A DNA stretch of 64,000 nucleotides from Eubacteriales bacterium. Its GTDB lineage: Bacteria; Bacillota; Clostridia; Oscillospirales; CAG-272. The notes under the pieces were generated by a model. The model saw only the letters and a program-made list of their open reading frames with translations, did no database searches and had not been told where the DNA came from. Position 1 is the first letter of the stretch. The number at the start of each line of letters is the position of its first letter. Below are positions 48,003-55,654 of the stretch, in pieces. The stretch lies in the NCBI GenBank assembly GCA_045543615.1, contig JAZPXL010000005.1, forward strand, positions 68,436 to 132,435, in the 5' to 3' direction. Position numbers and translations under genes: made by a program.

Positions 48003-48056
48003 ATTATACCACAATTTTGTAAGCATTTCAAGTGTGGCGGTTCGAATCTGTATACA
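48003..48056 (-). promoter_or_regulatory. promoter cassette copy B
   Basis: Minus strand reads TTGAAA (48031-48026), 17 nt, TGgTATAAT (-10 at 48008-48003). It has the same upstream block CAGATTCGAACCGCC as copy A. Confidence 0.6.
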
Positions 48057-48073
48057 GGCTCAAAATGGTCGAC

Positions 48074-48346
48074 ATGCGCACCTCCGCATTTCAATCACGC
48101 CGTAGGCGTGTATGAAATCAAGGCGAAGCCTTGTATGGAATCCGCAACTTGTTGCGGGATGGAATCATCACGAAGTGATGTATGGAATCACGGCAACGCC
48201 GTGTATGGCATCAATCCGAAGGAGGAATGCACGCTTTGCGTGATGCTATACGCCCTTTGGGCGATTACATACTCACCTGTGGTGAGATTACATACCAATC
48301 CTTCGGATTGGATAAAACTCCGATGCGAAAGCATCGGAGTTTTGGC
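48074..48346. repeat. ladder of 11-12 short GC hairpins at about 23-nt period joined by a conserved 8-nt linker (TATGGAAT or its complement); candidate structured ncRNA or DNA element, function unknown
   Basis: Hairpins are at 48074-89, 48096-110, 48119-133, 48142-157, 48166-180, 48189-203, 48212-229, 48230-242, 48251-263, 48272-286, 48295-311 and 48318-339. My reading of this stretch reproduces the two spurious plus-strand ORF translations in the track exactly. Confidence 0.7.
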
Positions 48347-48404
48347 GGCGAATGCGAACCGACGCATTTGCTTGCAAATGCTCGGCGATTCTTGCATCCC
48401 GGCC

Positions 48405-48440
48405 AAAAACAGGGGCAACCCGAAGGTTGCCCCTGTTTTT
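48405..48440 (-). terminator. bidirectional rho-independent terminator immediately after tRNA-Gln
   Basis: aaaaacaggggcaacc-cgaa-ggttgcccctgttttt. It overlaps the terminal A of the tRNA CCA. Confidence 0.8.
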
Positions 48441-48514
48441 GGCTGGGATGGCCGGATTCGGACCGACGAATGCGGGAGTCAAAGTCCCGTGCCTTACCGC
48501 TTGGCTACATCCCA
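48440..48514 (-). tRNA. tRNA-Gln (anticodon UUG) with encoded CCA
   Basis: Reverse complement is TGGGATG TA GCCAAGCGGTAAGGC A CGGGA CTTTGAC TCCCG CATTC GTCGG TCCGAAT CCGGC CATCCCA G CCA. The cloverleaf pairs throughout and is very close to Bacillus tRNA-Gln as I remember it. The T-loop has C where U55 is expected. Confidence 0.85.
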
Positions 48515-48522
48515 ATATTATC

Positions 48523-48550
48523 CCTCTCAAGCGTTTTTGCGCTTGAGAGG
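48523..48550. other. 11-bp hairpin between the DUF3048 gene and tRNA-Gln
   Basis: cctctcaagcg-tttttg-cgcttgagagg. The U-run is only on the plus strand, so on the minus strand it is more likely a processing or attenuating structure than a terminator. Confidence 0.45.
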
Positions 48551-48579
48551 TTATTTGTTTTTTGTTCGTTTTTATGTGC

Positions 48580-49857
48580 TCAACCCAAGCGATAGTTGAG
48601 AACTACCGATGCTGTATCCTTGAGATTTGCATTCACCACAGAAATAAACGTCTTTCCTCTGTTTACAAACAGCGGCACTCCGTTATCCGTTGTGAAATAG
48701 AACATTGAAGAGTCAGACGTTCTGGTCCACTTGATTGGTGTATACTTTCCACCGTTTATGTAATAACCGTCACCTGTGCCCGTTACGCTTACGTCAAGTC
48801 TGCCCTCTGTGTCTCCTGCAATATTCTTTGTATTAGCAAAGAGCACAAATACATTCTCATAGCAGAGCTGTTCGCCGTTTTCTGCATCAAGATGTGGTTG
48901 GTCACCGTACTGATAACGGTAATACTTTCCTGTGGATGAGCTATATACCATCTGTATCTGCTGATATGCCGAATACTTAAGTATAACGTGTGCAGCAGAG
49001 CCACCTGCAAGTGTTATGGGGCTGTCCTCGGGTGCAAAGTTGAATGCATCTGCAGAGTCTGTCGTAAGGTTGAACTTATTAAGCTCAGCAAGCTTGAGTA
49101 TTCCCTTGCCTGTGATCATAAGCGAATGCTCATATCCACTATTCTTGAATCTGTCAGCGTCACGGTAGAAACCCTGAAGTGCGTATCTGTCGTGTGTACC
49201 GTTGATATAATCTGCGCCAAGCTTGGTTATCAGCTCATAGCCCTGTGGACTATAACCTGCGCCGACCATAAGTGATCCGAAAGCCTGCGACAGACTTACC
49301 ATATAAGGTCTTGTTGAACGGATAGGGCCGTAGGACTCAAGTCCTCCAAACTCGTTATCAGCTCCATACTTATTGGTTATACCAATGAGTCTTGATATAC
49401 CACCCTCAACCATACATTCTATGAGAATATCTGCTCTTGATATTCCACTCTGAGGGGACGCCGCAGAGAGATTATCAAAAACTATGGAAACGGGGCGAAC
49501 CTTTGAAACATCAACTACTGTTTTAAGTCCTGTCAGCGGATCGTGATAGATCGCCACCACAGGCTCCGTTGTTTCGTCGCCATCATCGGGTGCTTTCGTG
49601 GTGTCTTCCGGGATAATACCACCCGTCTGATCGTCATCATCAACAGTTGTTGTGACATCGCCCTCGCCCGTTGTATCATCGGGCACAGGCGCAGTTGTTA
49701 CATCACCGTCAGGTGTGCGCTCAGTCGTGCTCTCCTCGGTTGTCACTTCACCGACAACACCAAACAGGTCACAACCAACGAGGCTGATTATCATCAAAGC
49801 CACCATAAGCACAAGAAGCACTCGAATGGGAGCAAGAGTGTTTTTTGTCTCTTTCAT
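48580..49857 (-). CDS. DUF3048 (YerB-like) lipoprotein
   Basis: 425 aa with lipobox LVGC, a D/T-rich linker, then PVSIVFDNLSAASPQSGISRADILIECMVEGGISRL, typical of DUF3048. Confidence 0.75.
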   Translation of the reverse strand: MKETKNTLAPIRVLLVLMVALMIISLVGCDLFGVVGEVTTEESTTERTPDGDVTTAPVPDDTTGEGDVTTTVDDDDQTGGIIPEDTTKAPDDGDETTEPVVAIYHDPLTGLKTVVDVSKVRPVSIVFDNLSAASPQSGISRADILIECMVEGGISRLIGITNKYGADNEFGGLESYGPIRSTRPYMVSLSQAFGSLMVGAGYSPQGYELITKLGADYINGTHDRYALQGFYRDADRFKNSGYEHSLMITGKGILKLAELNKFNLTTDSADAFNFAPEDSPITLAGGSAAHVILKYSAYQQIQMVYSSSTGKYYRYQYGDQPHLDAENGEQLCYENVFVLFANTKNIAGDTEGRLDVSVTGTGDGYYINGGKYTPIKWTRTSDSSMFYFTTDNGVPLFVNRGKTFISVVNANLKDTASVVLNYRLG

Positions 49858-49884
49858 TTAGCAATTCCTTTTGACAAAATACTG

Positions 49885-50181
49885 TCAGGCTCTATTTGCT
49901 CTGTCAAGCCAGATCATACCGATCGACAGGGCGTTGTGAAGTCCGTCCTTCTCTCCCTGCTTGACGATCTTTGTGGGATCTGCAGATTCTACAACCTGTA
50001 CAAGAATGTGTCCCGGAAGATCTTTTCCGTTAACCTTATTATAGGTCATTATCTCAAGAATAAGGAAGCACTTTTCGCTTTTGTCGCCATAGCAAATGGT
50101 GTTGCCCTCACGAACAAGAGGACGCTCCATATAAGTGATATACTTACCTTCAACAGGCAGGAACTGTTCCTTTTCAGCCAT
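49885..50181 (-). CDS. small protein of unknown function
   Basis: 98 aa with ATG and GGAGG RBS. A TTGACT-17-TACAAT promoter lies upstream. Confidence 0.6.
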   Translation of the reverse strand: MAEKEQFLPVEGKYITYMERPLVREGNTICYGDKSEKCFLILEIMTYNKVNGKDLPGHILVQVVESADPTKIVKQGEKDGLHNALSIGMIWLDRANRA

Positions 50182-50359
50182 TTGTTACCTCCAAATCAAT
50201 ACTTGTTCGGTTGCCTCTAAGTACTTGTGGCATACCGTTTTATTATTGTATCACATTTCATCAATAAAGTCAATCATTATTTTGATTTTCGCATCAAAGT
50301 TCACTTTTTTATAAAGATTTTTTCGAATATTCGTGATTTTTGTCCGCTTTGTGCTGTAA

Positions 50360-51520
50360 TTAATTTACTATTGGGCTTATTTTCAAATACGCGGCCGCAC
50401 TTTTTTTGCTTGGAAGCGCAAGTGTAAAGAGTGCATCGAGGCGGCGTGAAAGCTCAAACTGACGCAAAGCATCCTCTCCTTTTGGTATGCGTGACGGCTT
50501 GCTTATTACCTCAAGCTCGCCCCGTCGCATCTCAGAGAGCATCTCTCGCCCCAAATTGTCAGCACCGAGAAGCTCGACGTATGCTACCTCCCTTCGCAAA
50601 TCGTCGGGTGTAACTCCGAGCATACCGAACAGCACTGCACGGCGTAGTTTAGCATCGGTATATCTCTTTGTTGCGGCAAGCGTCATCATCTCCTCAAGGC
50701 TTCTCGCCTCTCTCGCTGCCGATATAAGTCTCTCAGCCACGCCACCTGTGCATTCAGCACAGCGTGAAATCAAGGCTGCATCTGCAAGCCTCCAAAACGC
50801 AAGAGGCACGCTCTCAATTGACGTGGGAGTTATCGGGCATTCTCCGTTTTGTTCGGCTAAAAGCATTTCTCTTCTCGTTTCGGGTGGTAATTGCTTTTCG
50901 TCAAACATCTCAAGAGTTGCTCTGATACCATTCTTTTCTATGCTTTTTCGCAACTGTGTCGCTGACGGAAACTCTCCATTCTCCCCCTCGCCTCTGTAGC
51001 CTGCTCCCTCTCTTTTTACTGTAAAAAAGCTCATCGTGGGAGCAATTTTCTTTGCCGCCTTTATGTATTCAATAGCGAGAATATCATTTGATGCGCCATC
51101 AAGTCCTATCTGCGAAAAATACTCGCCTGTACTGAAAGCCTCGCCACTGTGCTCACTCTCTCTATAAAGAATGGCGCGCTCTGCGGCAATTGAGAGCTTG
51201 TCTATATCTCCACTTTCAGAGCCAAAGGCTATCGTATCAACTCCAAGTCTCGCAAGAGCTCCAACTGCGGCAGTCGCAAAAAACTCGGCTGATGCTGCAG
51301 AATAAGGAAATGGAAGCTCTATCACCACATTTGCACCTGCACAAAGTGCCATTTCTGCACGATAGTTTTTCGGCAGGAGTGCAAGCTCGCCACGCTGAAC
51401 GGCGTTGCCGCTCATAATGCAGATTATTCTGCCCCCCGTCTCCTTTTTTACTCTTTCGATTAGATATTTATGTCCACCGTGGAGGGGATTATACTCACAA
51501 ATGATACCTATATTATTCAT
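50360..51520 (-). CDS. tmcAL: tRNA(Met) cytidine acetate ligase TmcAL (YlbM family nucleotidyltransferase)
   Basis: 386 aa with N-terminal IGIICEYNPLHGGHKYLI, characteristic of the family. Confidence 0.85.
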   Translation of the reverse strand: MNNIGIICEYNPLHGGHKYLIERVKKETGGRIICIMSGNAVQRGELALLPKNYRAEMALCAGANVVIELPFPYSAASAEFFATAAVGALARLGVDTIAFGSESGDIDKLSIAAERAILYRESEHSGEAFSTGEYFSQIGLDGASNDILAIEYIKAAKKIAPTMSFFTVKREGAGYRGEGENGEFPSATQLRKSIEKNGIRATLEMFDEKQLPPETRREMLLAEQNGECPITPTSIESVPLAFWRLADAALISRCAECTGGVAERLISAAREARSLEEMMTLAATKRYTDAKLRRAVLFGMLGVTPDDLRREVAYVELLGADNLGREMLSEMRRGELEVISKPSRIPKGEDALRQFELSRRLDALFTLALPSKKSAAAYLKISPIVN

Positions 51521-51639
51521 TTTGGTAGAAATCTCTCCTTTTTTTGTACGATTTTTTTCGTTTGATATTGAAAATTATTCTTTTTTGTTGTATAATATAT
51601 AAGTTAGAATTTAAATTATCATTTCATTGGAGGAAAATA

Positions 51640-52878
51640 ATGAAAGTACTTGTTGTTAACGCAGGTTCAAGCTCTCTCAAGTATCAGCTTTTCGACACCA
51701 CCGATTATTCCGTTGCCGCAAAGGGCATTTGCGAAAGAATCGGCGAGGCTGTTGGTAAGCTCGACCACAAGAATCTTGTAAAGGGAACACGCACCGAAAA
51801 GGAGCTTCCCATCAAGACACACACAGACGCAGTTAGAATTGTTATTGACGCTCTTACAGATGCAGAAATCGGCGTTATTGCTGATATGGCAGAGATTGAG
51901 GCAGTTGGTCACCGTATAGTTCACGGTGGTTACTTCTTCTCCGAGTCTATGCTCCTCTCCGACGAGGTTCTCGAAAAGCTCGAGCTTTGCTATGATTATG
52001 CACCTCTTCACACAGGCGCACACCTTCAGGGTATCCGTGGCTGTCTTGCAGTTATGAACGATGTTCCTCAGGTTCTCGTATTTGACACAGCCTTCCATCA
52101 GAGTATGGCTCCCGAGGCTTATATGTACGGCCTTTCCTATGATATGTACGAGAAGTACGGTATCCGTCGTTACGGTGCACACGGTACATCTCATCGCTAT
52201 GTTGCAGGCGAAATGATCAAGATTCTCGGTGGCAACGCTGAGGGCACAAAGATTGTTACTTGTCACATCGGTAACGGCTCGTCCATCTCTGCTGTTAAGG
52301 ACGGCAAGGTTATGGACACATCTATGGGCTTTACACCTCTTGCAGGCGTTCTTATGGGAACTCGTTGTGGTGATATCGACCCTGCTATCGTTCCCTACAT
52401 TATGCAGAAGGAAAATATGAATGCAGATCAGGTTGCCGCTTATATGAACAAGAAGTGTGGTTACATCGGTCTGACAAACGGCTTCTCCTCTGACTCCCGT
52501 GACCTTGAAACTGCAATTGCAAACGGTCCTTCCGATCCCAACTACGAAAACAGCAACCTCGCTGTTAATATGCTCAAGCACCAGATCAAGAAGTACATCG
52601 GTGCATACAGCGCAATTATGAACGGTCTTGATGCCGTTGTATTTACTGCAGGTCTTGGCGAGAACAATCCCCGTCTCCGTGAGATCATCTGCGAGGATAT
52701 GGAATTCTTCGGAATCAAGATCAACCGTGAGATCAACGATAAGACACTCCGTCAGGGTAATATCGTAAAGATTTCTACCGATGACTCCAGAGTTGCAGTT
52801 TACGTTATTCCCACAAACGAAGAGCTTGTTATCTGCCGTGATACCGAGTGCATCGTTAACGCTCTGAATAACAACTGA
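51640..52878 (+). CDS. ackA: acetate kinase
   Basis: MKVLVVNAGSSSLKYQLF at ATG 51640 with GGAGGA at 51629-51634. The track start at 51544 adds an implausible N-terminal extension. Motifs GHRIVHGG and TCHIGNGSS are present. Confidence 0.96.
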   Translation: MKVLVVNAGSSSLKYQLFDTTDYSVAAKGICERIGEAVGKLDHKNLVKGTRTEKELPIKTHTDAVRIVIDALTDAEIGVIADMAEIEAVGHRIVHGGYFFSESMLLSDEVLEKLELCYDYAPLHTGAHLQGIRGCLAVMNDVPQVLVFDTAFHQSMAPEAYMYGLSYDMYEKYGIRRYGAHGTSHRYVAGEMIKILGGNAEGTKIVTCHIGNGSSISAVKDGKVMDTSMGFTPLAGVLMGTRCGDIDPAIVPYIMQKENMNADQVAAYMNKKCGYIGLTNGFSSDSRDLETAIANGPSDPNYENSNLAVNMLKHQIKKYIGAYSAIMNGLDAVVFTAGLGENNPRLREIICEDMEFFGIKINREINDKTLRQGNIVKISTDDSRVAVYVIPTNEELVICRDTECIVNALNNN

Positions 52879-52892
52879 TCAGAATTATAAAT

Positions 52893-52930
52893 AATACCGA
52901 CACCTCAAGGAGAGGTGTCGGTATTATTTT
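52893..52930 (+). terminator. bidirectional terminator between ackA and the spoIIIA-linked ATPase gene
   Basis: 14-bp stem aataccgacacctc / gaggtgtcggtatt followed by atttt. Confidence 0.75.
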
Positions 52931-52948
52931 ATCACATTTTTCCGTCTC

Positions 52949-53992
52949 TTACAAGTCCCCCGACCATATTTCACGGCAAAGACGTGCGCTGTACTCTTCT
53001 TTTTTATCAAAATCCATAGCACCGGAGTATATTTTTTCTATCTCAGCGTGCGCCTCTCCGGCTTCGCTGAACGCCGCCTCTGCAGACAGAATTGCGTTTT
53101 CGCCAAGTCTCCTGAGTACGTCAATCCTCTCTTTGAGCAAGAGATAGGCACTTCTGTCGACATACATAGAAACGTCAATTGCGCTGTCGGTTTTTGTTGG
53201 GACAGGTGCGCTCACCATTCCGACACCTCCCGCAAGCACTCCATCGGCTCTGTCGGGGAATATCGCCGTTGGGGATATACGGCATCTGCCATCAAGCGCA
53301 GAGATGAGCGCATCGAAATAGGCAAATGAAATTCCGTAGGATCTTGAGTCAACGACCTCAACTACAAGCTCCGCCATCTCCCTGAAGGTGTCAAAAGCCA
53401 CCCTGCCTCTCATTCCGATTGCAGATAGAGGTGATCGAAGAGGTGCTGTTTGTGGCAGATGTGCCGCAATATCACGGGCATCGGTTCTCATCGCCGCAAG
53501 ATCTGTGCATTCAAGCATCAGCTCGCTTGATGCTCTGAGTAGCGCACCTGCCGCCGCAAGCGCACGGTAGCCCTCAGTGTATGCCCTCTGTTTTTTTGCG
53601 CCAAGTCTTGCGATATCCTCTCTTGCCTCCCAAAGTCTGCTTCTGTTCCAGAATGATCCGAGGTCAATAATATTGTCCCTGACTCCCGCAAGAGAAATAT
53701 CCTCGCTGTGTGGTGGTGTGCCGTCGATGACGGAGATTTTTCTTTCGCCCAAAGTAATAAAAATACCGTCAAGGGACAATGGGTCTGACGAGCAGTAGTA
53801 GTATTCAACCTCGCCCTGTACCTTCTCTGCCGCCTCTGCAAGCTCTAAGAGCAAACGTGACTTGCCTGTTCCCGGGCCACCCTTTATTATGTAACACCTG
53901 TCTGTTCTGCCACACCTGAAATTTTCGGGGAAAAAGCTTACAAAGCCCCTCTCTGTATTTGATGCGGCAAAGAACTTTTTTCTTTGCGTCAT
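52949..53992 (-). CDS. P-loop NTPase of unknown function, translationally coupled to spoIIIAH
   Basis: 347 aa with Walker A IIKGGPGTGKSRLL. Its ATG overlaps the spoIIIAH TGA (ATGA at 53992-53989). Confidence 0.75.
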   Translation of the reverse strand: MTQRKKFFAASNTERGFVSFFPENFRCGRTDRCYIIKGGPGTGKSRLLLELAEAAEKVQGEVEYYYCSSDPLSLDGIFITLGERKISVIDGTPPHSEDISLAGVRDNIIDLGSFWNRSRLWEAREDIARLGAKKQRAYTEGYRALAAAGALLRASSELMLECTDLAAMRTDARDIAAHLPQTAPLRSPLSAIGMRGRVAFDTFREMAELVVEVVDSRSYGISFAYFDALISALDGRCRISPTAIFPDRADGVLAGGVGMVSAPVPTKTDSAIDVSMYVDRSAYLLLKERIDVLRRLGENAILSAEAAFSEAGEAHAEIEKIYSGAMDFDKKEEYSARLCREIWSGDL

Positions 53993-54555
53993 TTCTCGAT
54001 TATCACCGTCTTATCGGGAGTGATACCCGTCTGCTCGTATACTATTGTGTTGATCTGTGCGATCTGTGCGGCGTTGAGCGTTGTGCCATCAACATCTACC
54101 ACAACGGAAATACCGTTTGAGGATATTACTGCAATACATCTCTCAAAGCCCTTTGACATCACAAGGCTTTCAACATTAGCCTCGTTCTCCATATCCTTTG
54201 CCATCTGCGCAATATCTGCAAGTGCACCTGCTCGCGCCTCCTCGCCGGCTGTATCGTCATCAACAACGCTCTGAAGCACAGCAAGTGCTTCATCTCTTGC
54301 TTTCTGACGGCTAAGTGCTGATGCAGCAAAATAGCTGTCTGCATCGGACGGACTTGATGCGCCTGCGTCCTCGGTAGAGGTGTCATCAGCTCCTGCGCCT
54401 GCACTTGCAGGATCTTTGTTTGCAGTTGCCGCGATAATGCAGTTGACGCCTACTGCAATTGCAACAAGCATCACGCTGCAAATAATAATGAGATTGCGCT
54501 TTCCAAGCCTTGTAAAAAACGCTTTAATCTTTTCTGCAATTTGTTCCTTATTCAT
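53989..54555 (-). CDS. spoIIIAH: stage III sporulation protein AH
   Basis: N-terminal TM helix, acidic/Ala-rich linker and a YscJ/FliF-like C-terminal domain. It occupies the last canonical slot of the operon. ATG 54555 has GGAGG 7 nt upstream, while the track start at 54585 has no RBS. Confidence 0.8.
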   Translation of the reverse strand: MNKEQIAEKIKAFFTRLGKRNLIIICSVMLVAIAVGVNCIIAATANKDPASAGAGADDTSTEDAGASSPSDADSYFAASALSRQKARDEALAVLQSVVDDDTAGEEARAGALADIAQMAKDMENEANVESLVMSKGFERCIAVISSNGISVVVDVDGTTLNAAQIAQINTIVYEQTGITPDKTVIIEK

Positions 54556-54619
54556 TCTCTTTCCTCCAGATAATTTTGTTTGCATTACATCTTATTGCCG
54601 CTCTCCCCTAAATATTCCA

Positions 54620-55129
54620 TCAGCCTGCCTCAGTTATATATATTTTGTTTGTTCCCACACCAAAGCTTGCAGACAGGAGTGCCGTTAGCTCTGCTTTCGT
54701 GGTGCTGTCCTTGCACCCCTTACAGCTGATGCCTATGCCTGCAATAGTCGGTGCCCTAACCGATGTAGCGCACAGCTTTGAGGATGAGCCACTTCCAAGT
54801 TTTACGTATTCAACCGATTGCCCACTCTGCGTTATCTGCCTGTCAGTTGCATACACCTGCTCAAAGCCACCCTCCAGCGTGATAGTCACTGTCACACCAC
54901 TTATCCCCTTAACACTTTCGCAAAGCTTCTTTGCCTGTCCCTCAAGGTATTCGCCATATTCCACGATCTCGGATATATTGCTCTTTTTCGTCTCCTCTGT
55001 GGGTGCGCTCTCCCTTCCCGAACTCCAAAGCAAAAGTAATATTCCTGCCGTTGCGGCAATCACAACAGCAATAAGCGCACCTCGTCTATCAAGCTTACCC
55101 AAAGCTTTCTTTCCACTCTTCTCGCTCAA
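54620..55129 (-). CDS. spoIIIAG: stage III sporulation protein AG
   Basis: 169 aa with an N-terminal TM helix and a ring-forming C-terminal domain. TTG start with GGAGGAG RBS. Assigned partly by operon position. Confidence 0.8.
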   Translation of the reverse strand: MSEKSGKKALGKLDRRGALIAVVIAATAGILLLLWSSGRESAPTEETKKSNISEIVEYGEYLEGQAKKLCESVKGISGVTVTITLEGGFEQVYATDRQITQSGQSVEYVKLGSGSSSKLCATSVRAPTIAGIGISCKGCKDSTTKAELTALLSASFGVGTNKIYITEAG

Positions 55130-55138
55130 AATCTCCTC

Positions 55139-55654
55139 CTATTCTCTGCCCGATACTATTACGCATTCGACATCTGTAAAACGCCCAATATAAGCTTTTA
55201 CTTCTCTTGGGTTTGCCATAATTGCACTTCCCGACAAATAAACCACTACCCTGAGCAGCTCAACTCCATTCTCGTCAGCACTCACAACAGCCGAGAGCGA
55301 TACGTTCTTTTCCGAAAAGCCAAACTCACTAATAAGTCCTGACAGCAACGCCTCTTCAATAGCTCTCGCGCTCTCCTCTTCAAGACTTCCATAAAGCCCC
55401 GAAAGATCACCCTCGCTTATCTCGGGTAATGCAAGCTCAGGCTCAAGCCTCTCTGCATCCTCCACAGCTTTTGATATAACGCTTGAAAGAGGTGCTAAAA
55501 CTGCGCAGATAAGGCAGAATGAAAGAGCTGTTGTAGTTGACGACTTGATTGACGGCGAGAGCGTGTCGGGAAGCAGAACGGATACAAGTGATATTATCAC
55601 GCTCGCAATCGTAATTCCTACAAGATATTCACCTATCCCATCATAACCCTCCAC
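55139..55654 (-). CDS. spoIIIAF: stage III sporulation protein AF
   Basis: 171 aa with two N-terminal TM helices. GTG start. Assigned partly by operon position. Confidence 0.75.
   Translation of the reverse strand: MEGYDGIGEYLVGITIASVIISLVSVLLPDTLSPSIKSSTTTALSFCLICAVLAPLSSVISKAVEDAERLEPELALPEISEGDLSGLYGSLEEESARAIEEALLSGLISEFGFSEKNVSLSAVVSADENGVELLRVVVYLSGSAIMANPREVKAYIGRFTDVECVIVSGRE

Noticed and set aside
48074-48346. CRISPR array as an explanation for the hairpin ladder
   Set aside because: The conserved element is only 8 nt and the variable element is a 15-nt palindrome. The period is 23 nt, against about 60-70 nt for CRISPR. Half of the units are inverted. There are no cas genes or leader.
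44073-48440. Genomic island integrated at the tRNA-Gln 3' end
   Set aside because: The gene content looks accessory, but there is no integrase, recombinase or transposase and no direct repeat of the tRNA 3' end. I did not compute a compositional break. I leave it as context only.
47958-48599. 213-aa and 137-aa plus-strand ORFs plus two minus-strand ORFs covering the non-coding stretch
   Set aside because: They run through two terminators, the hairpin ladder and the tRNA-Gln gene (antisense). They have no RBS, and their repeated peptide (MES/WNH/YGI) only mirrors the 23-nt DNA period. They were useful solely to confirm my reading of the bases.
51667-52581. 304-aa minus-strand ORF
   Set aside because: It is antisense to ackA. 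Its Cys/Val/Asn-rich shadow composition is not protein-like.
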